Made by a program: the position numbers and the translations under genes
Shown: positions 17,615-26,887 of the stretch, piece after piece
Layout of the letters: every line of letters begins with the position of its first letter
Numbering within the stretch: position 1 is the stretch's first letter
NCBI GenBank assembly: GCA_949474265.1
Contig: CASXBC010000003.1
Span: forward strand, 14,083 to 78,082
DNA: 64,000 nucleotides
Source: an uncultured bacterium
Lineage (GTDB): Bacteria > Bacillota > Clostridia > Christensenellales > UBA1242
Direction of reading: 5' to 3'
The notes under the pieces: model-generated
The model's input: the letters and a program-made list of their open reading frames with translations, nothing else
Told to the model about the DNA's origin: nothing
Database searches by the model: none

Positions 17615-18865
17615 ATGTTTAAGATTAAAAAAGAAAACACAAAAGTTGAAGTCGAACTTGAAGTTGACGCAAAAGAATGGGAAGATGGCGTACAAAAAAC
17701 CTATGAGACTTCAAAAGCAAAATTTAATGTAGAAGGTTTTAGAAAGGGACATGCACCAAGAAAAGTTATTGAAAAGACTTATGGTGACAGCATATTCTTT
17801 GAAGATACAATTGAATATTTTGTCAACAAAACTCTCAATGATGTTGTAAATCAAAATCCAGAGCTTGAGCCTGTTGCAATGCCAACAACAAAATTTGAAA
17901 GTTTTACTGTTGAGAATGGACTTAAAATGAAGATTTTGTTTGAGATTGTTCCAGATTTCAAACTCTGCGAATATAAAGGACAAACTTTTAAAGTGCATGA
18001 TGGAAAGGTGAACGAACATGACATTGAGCATGCAATTGCTCATCTTCTTGAAGATAATGCAAAATATGAAAGTGTTGACAGAGCTGTGAAAGTTGGGGAC
18101 AGTGCACTTATTGACTTTACAGGTTATATAAACAACAAAGCATTTGATGGTGGAGCTGGTCAGGATTATCCACTTGAAATTGGCTCTCACACCTTTAATG
18201 ACACCTTTGAGGACCAACTTGTTGGACATAAAAAGGGTGATGTTGTTGATGTTAATGTTACTTTCCCTGAAAATTATCAGGCAGAAGAGTTTAAGGGCAA
18301 AAAAGCACTCTTTAAAGTGGTAATTAAGGACGTAAGAGAAAAGGCTCTTCCAGAGCTTAATGACAAGTTTATTGCTGATACGACAGAATTTGAAACTGTA
18401 GAGGAGTATAAAAAAGACCTCTCTGCTCATATTCAAGATATGAAGGACAAACAGCACGAAAATGAAATCCAATTTGTTATCCGTGATTACCTTCTTAAAA
18501 ACACTAAGGTGGAAATTCCTGAAGCTATGGTTGAAAACGCTGTAAACGAAGAGCTTGAAAGACTTACAAATGCACTTAAAATGTATAATGTTTCTGTTGA
18601 AGATTATCTTCTTCAAACAGGCTCAAACATGGAAGCTTATTTGAAAAACTCAAGAGAGAGAACATTTGAGATGATTAAGACTCGTTATATTTACAGAAAA
18701 CTTCTTGAAGAAAATAAAATTGACCTTACTGCAAAAGATATTAAAGAAGCTCAAAAACTCGCAAAAGATGAAAACGAACTTGTAAGAAAAGAAAACGAGA
18801 TGCTTCTTGATAAACTTTTCGCTTTCCTCAAGGAAAATAACAAAATTGAAATTATCAAAGAATAG
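17615..18865 (+). CDS. tig: Trigger factor
   Basis: 416 aa. GFRKGHAPRKVIE ribosome-binding signature and FKBP-like middle domain. Confidence 0.95.
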   Translation: MFKIKKENTKVEVELEVDAKEWEDGVQKTYETSKAKFNVEGFRKGHAPRKVIEKTYGDSIFFEDTIEYFVNKTLNDVVNQNPELEPVAMPTTKFESFTVENGLKMKILFEIVPDFKLCEYKGQTFKVHDGKVNEHDIEHAIAHLLEDNAKYESVDRAVKVGDSALIDFTGYINNKAFDGGAGQDYPLEIGSHTFNDTFEDQLVGHKKGDVVDVNVTFPENYQAEEFKGKKALFKVVIKDVREKALPELNDKFIADTTEFETVEEYKKDLSAHIQDMKDKQHENEIQFVIRDYLLKNTKVEIPEAMVENAVNEELERLTNALKMYNVSVEDYLLQTGSNMEAYLKNSRERTFEMIKTRYIYRKLLEENKIDLTAKDIKEAQKLAKDENELVRKENEMLLDKLFAFLKENNKIEIIKE

Positions 18866-18917
18866 TTTTAAAAAAGAAATTTATGAAAAAATAGTTTTGA
18901 CATAATAGGAGGGTTTT

Positions 18918-19508
18918 ATGTTGATTCCTATGGTCGTTGACCAATCCGGCACAGGAGAAAGGTCTTATGATATTTATTCTCGCTTGCTTGAGGATAGAAT
19001 TATCTTTTTGACAGGCGAAATTGATGACAATACAGCAAATATTGTCATTGCACAGCTTATTTATTTGGAAGGAAAAAATCCTGATAAGGATATTTTCTTC
19101 TATATCAACAGCCCAGGTGGCTCGGTGAGTGCAGGAATGGCTATTTATGACACCATGAAATATATCAAATGTGATGTTTCAACAATTTGTATTGGTCTTG
19201 CCGCTTCCATGGGTGCTTTTCTTCTTTCAAGTGGAACTAAAGGCAAGAGATTTGCTCTTCCAAACAGTGAAATTATGATTCACCAACCACTTGGCGGAGC
19301 TCAAGGGCAAGCAAGTGACATTGAAATTCAAGCAAAGCATATAAAGAATATTAAAAACAAACTCAATAAAATTTTGAGTGATAACACAGGTAAAGCAATC
19401 AAAGAGATTGAAAAGGATACCGACAGAGACAATTATATGTCTGCTGAAGAAGCGAAAGAATATGGTTTGATTGATGAAATCTTTGTCACAAGAAAGAATA
19501 AAAAATAA
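18918..19508 (+). CDS. clpP: ATP-dependent Clp protease proteolytic subunit
   Basis: 196 aa. [29 protein letters not shown]. Confidence 0.97.
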   Translation: MLIPMVVDQSGTGERSYDIYSRLLEDRIIFLTGEIDDNTANIVIAQLIYLEGKNPDKDIFFYINSPGGSVSAGMAIYDTMKYIKCDVSTICIGLAASMGAFLLSSGTKGKRFALPNSEIMIHQPLGGAQGQASDIEIQAKHIKNIKNKLNKILSDNTGKAIKEIEKDTDRDNYMSAEEAKEYGLIDEIFVTRKNKK

Positions 19509-19517
19509 GGGGCAAGA

Positions 19518-20813
19518 ATGAAAGAAATTGAAATGTGTACATGTTCTTTCTGTGGAAAGCCACAGAAAGCAGCAAAAAAACTTATTGCCAGCCCAAATGG
19601 TGATGCTTTCATTTGTGATGATTGCATAAGAATATGTGCAGACATCATCAAAGAAGAGACTCAAAAACTTAAAGTATTTAAGGATTTGGTTGTTCCAACT
19701 CCAAAAGACATTAAGAAAAGTCTCGACAGTTTTGTTATTGGACAGGAACAGGCTAAAAAGGTTTTGTCTGTTGCTGTGTTTAACCATTATAAAAGAATTA
19801 ATTACAATTACCACAACCAAATTAATGCAAAGAAAGATAGACAAGACAGCAATGTTAAAAACGTTTTGGAGCTTGAAAAGAGCAATGTTTTGATGATTGG
19901 CCCTACGGGCTCAGGAAAGACCCTGTTGGTCAAGACTTTGGCAAAAATTTTGGATGTTCCTTTTGCTATTGCTGATGCTACAACTTTGACTGAAGCAGGA
20001 TATGTTGGCGAGGATGTGGAAAATGTCCTTTTGAAGCTTATTCAAAATGCAGACTATGATATTGAAAAAGCTCAAAGAGGGATTATATATATTGATGAAA
20101 TTGACAAACTTTCACGTAAGAGTGAAAATCGTTCTCTTACAAGAGATGTTGGTGGAGAAGGTGTGCAACAAGCACTTTTAAAAATTATTGAAAGCACTAT
20201 TGCGAGTGTTCCTCCTCAGGGTGGAAGAAAGCATCCTCAACAAGAGATGCTTCAAATTGACACCACAAATATCTTGTTTATTTGCGGTGGTGCCTTTGTT
20301 GGACTTGATGATATTGTAAACAAGAGACTTTCATCTTCTGCAATTGGATTTAATGCGGATATAAAAAATTCAAGCGAAAAGAAGAAGATTGATTTCAGTA
20401 AAGATGTTCAACCAGATGACCTTATCAAATTTGGTCTTATACCTGAATTTGTTGGCAGACTTCCAATTGTTACGGGACTTGATGACCTTGACCAGACTGC
20501 ACTTGAGAAAATTTTGGTAGAACCAAGAAATTCGCTTATCAAGCAATATAAACAAATGTTTAAGATTGATGGCTTTGATATTGAGTTTGAGCAAGAAGCA
20601 ATATCTTTTATTGCAAAGCAAGCTATTGACCTTAAAACAGGGGCAAGAGGAATAAGAACAATTATGGAAAACAAAATGCTTGAACTTATGTTTGACCTTC
20701 CTGACCCAAAGATGTTTAATAAAATTCTCATCACAAAAGACTTTTTTGAAAAAGGAGCAAAACCTGTTTTGGAGAAAAAGCAAGAGGCTTCTACCTCTGA
20801 AGAGGCTGTATAA
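19518..20813 (+). CDS. clpX: ATP-dependent Clp protease ATP-binding subunit ClpX
   Basis: 431 aa. N-terminal zinc ribbon CSFCGK...CDDC, Walker A GPTGSGKT and IYIDEIDK. Confidence 0.97.
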   Translation: MKEIEMCTCSFCGKPQKAAKKLIASPNGDAFICDDCIRICADIIKEETQKLKVFKDLVVPTPKDIKKSLDSFVIGQEQAKKVLSVAVFNHYKRINYNYHNQINAKKDRQDSNVKNVLELEKSNVLMIGPTGSGKTLLVKTLAKILDVPFAIADATTLTEAGYVGEDVENVLLKLIQNADYDIEKAQRGIIYIDEIDKLSRKSENRSLTRDVGGEGVQQALLKIIESTIASVPPQGGRKHPQQEMLQIDTTNILFICGGAFVGLDDIVNKRLSSSAIGFNADIKNSSEKKKIDFSKDVQPDDLIKFGLIPEFVGRLPIVTGLDDLDQTALEKILVEPRNSLIKQYKQMFKIDGFDIEFEQEAISFIAKQAIDLKTGARGIRTIMENKMLELMFDLPDPKMFNKILITKDFFEKGAKPVLEKKQEASTSEEAV

Positions 20814-20821
20814 AATTTATA

Positions 20822-20855
20822 AAGTCGCCAATTGTTTTGGTGGCTTTTATTTTTG
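20822..20855 (+). terminator. Rho-independent terminator
   Basis: AGTCGCCA / TGGTGGCT stem (with G-U pairs) plus TTTTATTTTT. Confidence 0.6.
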
Positions 20856-20871
20856 CTGATAAGGGTGGGTA

Positions 20872-20911
20872 TTGACAGTTTGGGGTAGTTATGCTATGCT
20901 AAGGATAGCAT
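20872..20911 (+). promoter_or_regulatory. Sigma-A promoter with an overlapping 7-7-7 inverted repeat (operator-like)
   Basis: TTGACA(20872-20877)-17-TATGCT(20895-20900). ATGCTAT(20891-20897)/ATAGCAT(20905-20911). Confidence 0.5.
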
Positions 20912-20923
20912 TTGGAGGAAATT

Positions 20924-21517
20924 ATGTTTGAAACACAAGAAAAAAAGTGGAAAGTTAATTTGGGAGAATTGTGTAAAGAATTGACAAAACTTTCAGGTGG
21001 CAAATCTTCTGAATTTACAGGCTATACAACAAAAATTATTCCTTATTGGTCTTTTAATAAGCTTCTCAATGATACTTCAAATTCACTAGATTGCAGAGAA
21101 ACTAGGGTATTGAGAAATTGTAGGGTTGACTTTGGTCTGATTCTAGAAAGAACCGGAATAGTTCCAAGTGAGTTTGGTTGTATTGAAAATCCACATCCAC
21201 ATATTTATTTTGATAGGCTTTCTGTTCATCTTTATGACAGCCTTGCAGATGGAAGTCATGTTTATGAGCATATTGTTGAAAACGGTGGACAAACGAGCAA
21301 AGTTAAATGGCAAGTTTCTCCAAAAGGATTTGAACTTGCTGAAATGGGAGATGCAAGAATGATTGCTCTCAAGCAAACTCCATATTCTTATTTGTACAAT
21401 GTTACAATTTCAGAATCAGCTATTGCAAAGCTTTCTTCTGATAAGGCAAAGGATATGGTGACAAAAGCTCTTGACAATCTTTCAAAAGCTAAAACTAATG
21501 ACGGTGGAAAGGCATAA
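20924..21517 (+). CDS. Hypothetical protein (197 aa), no recognised family
   Basis: GGAGG RBS 5 nt upstream of the ATG at 20924 (the track starts at the TTG at 20912). Has its own promoter and terminator. Confidence 0.6.
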   Translation: MFETQEKKWKVNLGELCKELTKLSGGKSSEFTGYTTKIIPYWSFNKLLNDTSNSLDCRETRVLRNCRVDFGLILERTGIVPSEFGCIENPHPHIYFDRLSVHLYDSLADGSHVYEHIVENGGQTSKVKWQVSPKGFELAEMGDARMIALKQTPYSYLYNVTISESAIAKLSSDKAKDMVTKALDNLSKAKTNDGGKA

Positions 21518-21552
21518 CACATAGTATATAATATATAAACAATATATTATTA
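21512..21552. repeat. Degenerate palindromic-family copy J
   Basis: GCATAACACATAGTATATAAT...AAACAATATATT. Shares GCATAACACA with copy H. Confidence 0.35.
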
Positions 21553-21589
21553 AAAATTTTCTTATTTGTTTGACAAAGAAATAAAAAAT

Positions 21590-21629
21590 AAGGTAAACTC
21601 TTTTTGTAAGTGGTTTACCTTTTATTTTT
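21590..21629 (+). terminator. Rho-independent terminator
   Basis: AAGGTAAAC...GTTTACCTT plus TTATTTTT. Confidence 0.7.
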
Positions 21630-21663
21630 CGTCAAAAAGGAAATCATTTTAAGGGGGAGAAGT

Positions 21664-23244
21664 ATGATAGAAATGTTGTGTGCTTCTTCTGCAATCGCAT
21701 GGGGATTGACTCCGGTTTTTATCGTAGTTGGACTTATAATTGGTTTTGTTGTTTGTAAGATTATCAGCAGCAAAAAACTTGAAAAAAATAAATCTAATGC
21801 TATCAAAATTATTGAAGATGCGTATGCAGAAGCAAAGACAATAAAAAAAGAAGCAATACTAGAAAGCAAAGAACAATCTCAAAAACTCAAAGATGAGGTT
21901 GAACAAGAAGTAAAAGAAAGAAGAAATGAAGTGGTTAAGCTTGAAGAAAGGCTGAGTCAACGTGAAGAATACATTGAGAAGAAAGAGCAAGCAGTTGACA
22001 AGAAAAGCGAACAGCTTGACGAAGAAAAAAAGAATTTGTCTCTTGCAAAAGAAAATGTTGAAAAAATCAAACTTGAGCAAGAAGAAATCAAAGCTCAAAT
22101 TGTTGAGCAACTTGAAAAAACAGCAAGTTTTTCAAAACAAGAAGCAAAAGATATGCTTGTTGCAAATATGAGAGCTGATGCTCAAAAAGAAGCAGCTGTC
22201 ATTGTTAAGAAGATTGAAGAAGATGCCAAAGAAGAAGGGGAAAATAAAGCCCGTTGGATTATTGGTCAAGCTCTTCAAAGATGTGCAACGGATACTACAA
22301 GTGAAATGACTGTGTCAGTGGTTTCCCTTCCAAATGACGAAATGAAGGGAAGAATTATTGGCAGAGAGGGCAGAAACATTAAAGCAATTGAAGCTGCCAC
22401 AGGAGTGGAACTTATTGTTGATGATACTCCAGAGACAATCACAGTTTCAGGATTTGACCCAATCAGAAGAGAAGTTGCAAGATTGTCACTTGAAAAACTT
22501 ATTTCTGATGGAAGAATCCATCCAACAAGAATTGAAGAAATTGTTGAGAAAATGCAAAACGAGGTTGACAAGATTTGTAAGCAGGCTGGAGATGAGGCTT
22601 GCAATGAGACAGGAATCTTTAATTTAAACCCAGAACTTGTAAGAACGCTTGGCAGACTTAAATACAGAACAAGCTATGGACAAAATGTTTTGAAACATTC
22701 AGTTGAAACATCAATCCTTGCAGGATTGCTTGCAAGCGAAATGGGGGCTAATGTAAAAATTGCAAAACGTGGCGGACTTCTTCATGATATTGGCAAAGCT
22801 CTTGACCATGAAATTGAAGGAACTCATGTTCAGATTGGTGTGGAACTTGCTAAGAAATGTGGCGAAAGCGAAGCTGTTGTTCATTGTATTGAAGCTCATC
22901 ACTTCAATGTTGAATTTAAGACAATTGAAGCAGTGATTGTTCAAGTTGCAGATGCAATTTCAAGCTCAAGACCTGGTGCAAGAAGAGATAGTTTTGAAAA
23001 CTATATTAAAAGACTTCAACAACTTGAAGAAATTGCAAATGGATTTAAGGGTGTTGACAAATCTTTCGCTGTTCAGGCTGGTAGAGAAGTGAGAATTATT
23101 GTAAAGCCAGACCAAATTTCTGATAGTGAAGCTATGTTTATGGCAAAAGAAATTGCATCAAAGATTGAAAATGAGATGCAATATCCAGGTCAAATTAAAG
23201 TCAATGTTATTAGAGAAAGCAGATACTCTGAAACTGCTAAATAA
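21664..23244 (+). CDS. rny: Ribonuclease Y
   Basis: N-terminal TM, coiled coil, KH (GRIIGREGRNIKA) and HD (LLHDIGKA) domains. Start set at the ATG at 21664, preceded by GGGGGAG. Confidence 0.95.
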   Translation: MIEMLCASSAIAWGLTPVFIVVGLIIGFVVCKIISSKKLEKNKSNAIKIIEDAYAEAKTIKKEAILESKEQSQKLKDEVEQEVKERRNEVVKLEERLSQREEYIEKKEQAVDKKSEQLDEEKKNLSLAKENVEKIKLEQEEIKAQIVEQLEKTASFSKQEAKDMLVANMRADAQKEAAVIVKKIEEDAKEEGENKARWIIGQALQRCATDTTSEMTVSVVSLPNDEMKGRIIGREGRNIKAIEAATGVELIVDDTPETITVSGFDPIRREVARLSLEKLISDGRIHPTRIEEIVEKMQNEVDKICKQAGDEACNETGIFNLNPELVRTLGRLKYRTSYGQNVLKHSVETSILAGLLASEMGANVKIAKRGGLLHDIGKALDHEIEGTHVQIGVELAKKCGESEAVVHCIEAHHFNVEFKTIEAVIVQVADAISSSRPGARRDSFENYIKRLQQLEEIANGFKGVDKSFAVQAGREVRIIVKPDQISDSEAMFMAKEIASKIENEMQYPGQIKVNVIRESRYSETAK

Positions 23245-23317
23245 ATTTTTGTAATTGAAATTTTAAATAAAAACTTTCATAAAAATTAAAGAGCGTTAAA
23301 AACGCAGGAGGAGAGAA

Positions 23318-23641
23318 ATGGCAGAAAAGAAAACAAAGAAAACTAAATCAAAATCAACAACAAACACAACAAGAACTTGGTCATCAACCAAGATTTTGGA
23401 TTTTGTTGGTTACTTTGCAATGATTTGCATTGCAATTGCATTAATTTTTAGACTTGCATTCAAACAACACACACCAGATGTCGCAAGAGCATTTTCTATG
23501 ATTGGCGAATGCTTGGCATACATTGTTTGTATCTGGCTTGGTTTCTATTGGACTAGAAGAAAAAGAAACATTTGGTGGCTTGTAGCTTGGATTGTTGCCG
23601 CAGTGCTTATTACTGTAATTTATATCTTTGCAGTGATTTAA
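23318..23641 (+). CDS. Small membrane protein (107 aa), K/T-rich N-terminus, 3 TM
   Basis: AGGAGGAG RBS and hydrophobic segments. No family recognised. Confidence 0.55.
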   Translation: MAEKKTKKTKSKSTTNTTRTWSSTKILDFVGYFAMICIAIALIFRLAFKQHTPDVARAFSMIGECLAYIVCIWLGFYWTRRKRNIWWLVAWIVAAVLITVIYIFAVI

Positions 23642-23650
23642 AAAAACTAA

Positions 23651-24046
23651 TTGGATAAAAAGATGAAAGATAAGATAACATATATTGTCACTATCGTTAT
23701 TGCCATACTTACCGCAGTGTTTACCATTTTGAAAGAGCAAGTTTGGGATGGCTTTGTTTATTTTGTCTTTTCGCTTCTAATGATTTTGGGTTTGTTTTGG
23801 GGCGGTTGGCTCATTTACAAATATTTTACAGATTACAAAAGCGAAATGGCTGAGAAATATAAAATTTTTAAAGCTGAAAAGATAAACAAACTTCGCATAA
23901 CTTCTGATATTTATATGGCAAGCGAAGAAGCATATAAAAAAGAATTTAAAAGAAAGCTCTTAAAGGAAAAATTCATAAAGTGGTTTATGATATGCTTTTG
24001 TTTCGCAATTGGTGTGGCTTTCCTTGTTGCAATAATTTTCTATTAA
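23651..24046 (+). CDS. Small membrane protein (about 127-131 aa)
   Basis: Two N-terminal TM segments plus one C-terminal TM. Start ambiguous (TTG 23651 or ATG 23663). No clear SD. Confidence 0.45.
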   Translation: MDKKMKDKITYIVTIVIAILTAVFTILKEQVWDGFVYFVFSLLMILGLFWGGWLIYKYFTDYKSEMAEKYKIFKAEKINKLRITSDIYMASEEAYKKEFKRKLLKEKFIKWFMICFCFAIGVAFLVAIIFY

Positions 24047-24070
24047 GCTTTGCTTTTTTATTGAAATTGA

Positions 24071-24100
24071 AAAGGACCTTTAAGGGTCTTTTTTATTTTG
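24071..24100 (+). terminator. Rho-independent terminator
   Basis: AAAGGACC / GGGTCTTT imperfect stem plus T-run. Confidence 0.5.
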
Positions 24101-24169
24101 TCAAAATAGATTTTATTTGATAATTTTTTCTTCTTTGTTATTAATTAATATGAAATGCCTGCAATCGCT

Positions 24170-24198
24170 TTGAAAAAAGTATGTTTTTTTGATATAAT
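24170..24198 (+). promoter_or_regulatory. Sigma-A promoter
   Basis: TTGAAA-17-TATAAT with TGa extended -10. Confidence 0.6.
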
Positions 24199-24228
24199 TA
24201 AGCAGAAGTTGTTTATTTGGAGAAATGA

Positions 24229-25770
24229 ATGTTATCTAAAGTTTTAAGTTTTGGACTTAGTGGTATTGAAGGGTTTGCCACACAAATTGAGACAGATATT
24301 GTGGGTGGACTTCCTCATTTTGAAATTGTTGGACTTGGAGATACTTCCGTAAAAGAGGCGAAAGAGAGAGTTAAATCTGCTATTAGAAATTCGGGTTTTG
24401 AATATCCTGCAAAGCACTACACAATCAATCTTGCACCTGCAGATGTAAAGAAAGAAGGTCCACATTTTGATTTGGGTATTGCTGTTGGCATTTTGGCGGC
24501 CTCAGAGCAGATAGTAAAAAAATCCTATAAAGAATTTATCTTTCTTGGGGAACTTTCTCTTGATGGCTCAGTAAAAAAGGTAAAAGGTGTTTTGCCTATG
24601 CTTATCAGTGCGAGAAGTTTGGGTTTTAATAAAATAGTTTTGCCAAAAGAAAATGTTGAGGAGGCGAGGTTTATTACGGGTCTTGATATTTTTGCTTTTG
24701 ACAGTTTGAGAGCTGTGGTTGAGTTTTTAAATGAAGAATTGGTGGAGATGCCTTTGCCACTTGAAACTAGAAGTTTTGAAGAAGTTTGTGTCAAGCGTGA
24801 AAACAAACTTGATTTTGAAAATGTTAAGGGGCAAGCAGTTGCTAAAAGAGCCCTTGAAATTGCTGCAGCTGGTGGGCATAATGTGCTTATGATAGGCCCT
24901 CCAGGAAGTGGAAAGAGTATGCTTGCAAAATGTTTTTCAGGCATTTTGCCAGACCTTACATTTGAAGAGGCTTTAGAAGTTACCAAAATTCATTCTGTTG
25001 CTGGGGTGTTGGATTTGAAAAAGGGGATAATTTCTGAAAGACCTTTCCGAACTCCTCATCACACTGCAACGACAATAAGTCTCACAGGTGGAGGGGCTCA
25101 TAGCAAACCAGGAGAAATTTCTCTTGCCCACAATGGGGTGTTGTATCTAGATGAGTTTCCTGAATATTCAAGGCAACTTATTGAAACTTTAAGACAACCA
25201 CTTGAAGATGGAGTCATTACTGTTGCCAGAGCAAATCAAACAATTACATATCCTTCTTGCTTCACGCTTGTGGCAAGTATGAATCCTTGCCCTTGTGGAA
25301 ATTATGGTTCGAAAGATAGAGAATGTAAATGTTCGCCTGTGCAAATTCATAAATATTTGGGCAAGATTTCAGGACCTATTATGGATAGAATTGATATTCA
25401 AGTTGAAGTTGACAACATTGCTTACAGTGACCTTCATACAGACAAAAAGGAAGAGTGTTCGTCTTCAATCAAGATGCGTGTTGACAAAGCTAGAGCAGTG
25501 CAACTTGATAGGTTTTCTGGCTCAAAGACTTTTTCAAATTCAAAGATGAGTGTTGCACAAACAAAAAAATACTGCACTCTTTCAAAAGAATGTCAATTGC
25601 TTATGGAACAGGCATTTACAAATCTTAAACTTTCTGCAAGGGCACATGACAGAATATTGAGAGTGGCTAGAACAATTGCTGACCTTGAGGATGAAAAAGA
25701 TATTTTGCCACAACATTTGGCAGAAGCAATTTCTTATCGTGGACTTGACAGAAAATATTGGAGTGTATAG
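24229..25770 (+). CDS. comM: YifB/ComM family Mg-chelatase-like AAA+ ATPase
   Basis: 513 aa. Lon-protease-like N-domain, Walker A GPPGSGKS, GVLYLDEFPE. Confidence 0.9.
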   Translation: MLSKVLSFGLSGIEGFATQIETDIVGGLPHFEIVGLGDTSVKEAKERVKSAIRNSGFEYPAKHYTINLAPADVKKEGPHFDLGIAVGILAASEQIVKKSYKEFIFLGELSLDGSVKKVKGVLPMLISARSLGFNKIVLPKENVEEARFITGLDIFAFDSLRAVVEFLNEELVEMPLPLETRSFEEVCVKRENKLDFENVKGQAVAKRALEIAAAGGHNVLMIGPPGSGKSMLAKCFSGILPDLTFEEALEVTKIHSVAGVLDLKKGIISERPFRTPHHTATTISLTGGGAHSKPGEISLAHNGVLYLDEFPEYSRQLIETLRQPLEDGVITVARANQTITYPSCFTLVASMNPCPCGNYGSKDRECKCSPVQIHKYLGKISGPIMDRIDIQVEVDNIAYSDLHTDKKEECSSSIKMRVDKARAVQLDRFSGSKTFSNSKMSVAQTKKYCTLSKECQLLMEQAFTNLKLSARAHDRILRVARTIADLEDEKDILPQHLAEAISYRGLDRKYWSV

Positions 25771-25779
25771 GAGACTGAT

Positions 25780-26847
25780 TTGACTGATAAAGAGAAATTT
25801 ATTGTCTACATGTCAATTTGTGAATTACCAAATAAAAAACAAGAGTTGTTTTTGGAGGCTCTTGAGGATTTTTCTTTGCAAAGTGTGATAAAAAGCAAAA
25901 TTATTGAAACAAATTTGACAAGGGAAGAATATCACAGATTTATTTCCAATTATGACATAAGAACTTTTGAAACTGCTTTAAGTAATATGGAAAAAGCTTG
26001 TATAGAAATTTTGACAGTAGAAAGTGAAAAATATCCCCAAAAACTTTTCAACTTGCCTGACAGACCTTTGGTGCTTTATGCAAAAGGAGATTTGTCGCTT
26101 TTAAATGAAAAAGCAATTGCTGTTGTTGGAACAAGAAGTCCATCAAATTATGGCAAGGTTGTTACAGAAAAATTTGTTGGTTCGCTTGCTACTGCAGGTT
26201 TCGTTATTGTGAGTGGTCTTTGTTATGGCGTGGATGAGATTGCTCACAAAAAGACCTTGGAAGTTGGAGGAAAGACTATTGCGGTTGTTGGAAGTGGTTT
26301 CAACAACATTTATCCTTCCATAAATACAAATCTTTCAAAAGAAATTGCAGAAAAGGGTCTCTTGCTTTCTGAATACCCACCATCTTTTGTTGCAAAACGT
26401 TATACTTTTCCAAGACGAAATCGTATTGTTGCTGGCTTGTCAGATGGTGTGCTTATCACTGAGGCAGGAAAGAAGAGTGGTACAGTTCACACCAAAGAAT
26501 ATGCCCTTGAATATGGCAAAGATATTTTTGCTGTGCCGGGTGGCATATTTAGTGATAAGAGTGAGTTGACAAATGAACTTATCAAAACTGCTCAAGCAGA
26601 ATGTACTTTGTCAGCAGATGAAATAATAGATTTTTATGGCATGAAAAGGTTGGCAAACAAGAAAACTGTTGAAGTTTCTTTTGACGAACAGACAATCTTG
26701 TCGATTTTGTCAGATGGAGAGAAGGATGTTGATTTTTTAGCAGAAAAATCTAATATTCCTATCAATATTTTAAATAGTTGTTTGACAACTTTGGAAATTC
26801 GTGGTTTAATAAGAAGGTTGCCGGCGAAAACTTATTCGTTGATTTAA
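25780..26847 (+). CDS. dprA: DNA processing protein DprA (Smf)
   Basis: 355 aa. AVVGTRSPSNYG, SGLCYGVDEIAHK, FPRRNRIVAGL. TTG start with AGGAGA 5 nt upstream. Confidence 0.92.
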   Translation: MTDKEKFIVYMSICELPNKKQELFLEALEDFSLQSVIKSKIIETNLTREEYHRFISNYDIRTFETALSNMEKACIEILTVESEKYPQKLFNLPDRPLVLYAKGDLSLLNEKAIAVVGTRSPSNYGKVVTEKFVGSLATAGFVIVSGLCYGVDEIAHKKTLEVGGKTIAVVGSGFNNIYPSINTNLSKEIAEKGLLLSEYPPSFVAKRYTFPRRNRIVAGLSDGVLITEAGKKSGTVHTKEYALEYGKDIFAVPGGIFSDKSELTNELIKTAQAECTLSADEIIDFYGMKRLANKKTVEVSFDEQTILSILSDGEKDVDFLAEKSNIPINILNSCLTTLEIRGLIRRLPAKTYSLI

Positions 26848-26887
26848 AGTGTTTTGCCATGACATATAAAATGAAAATAAGGAGAAA

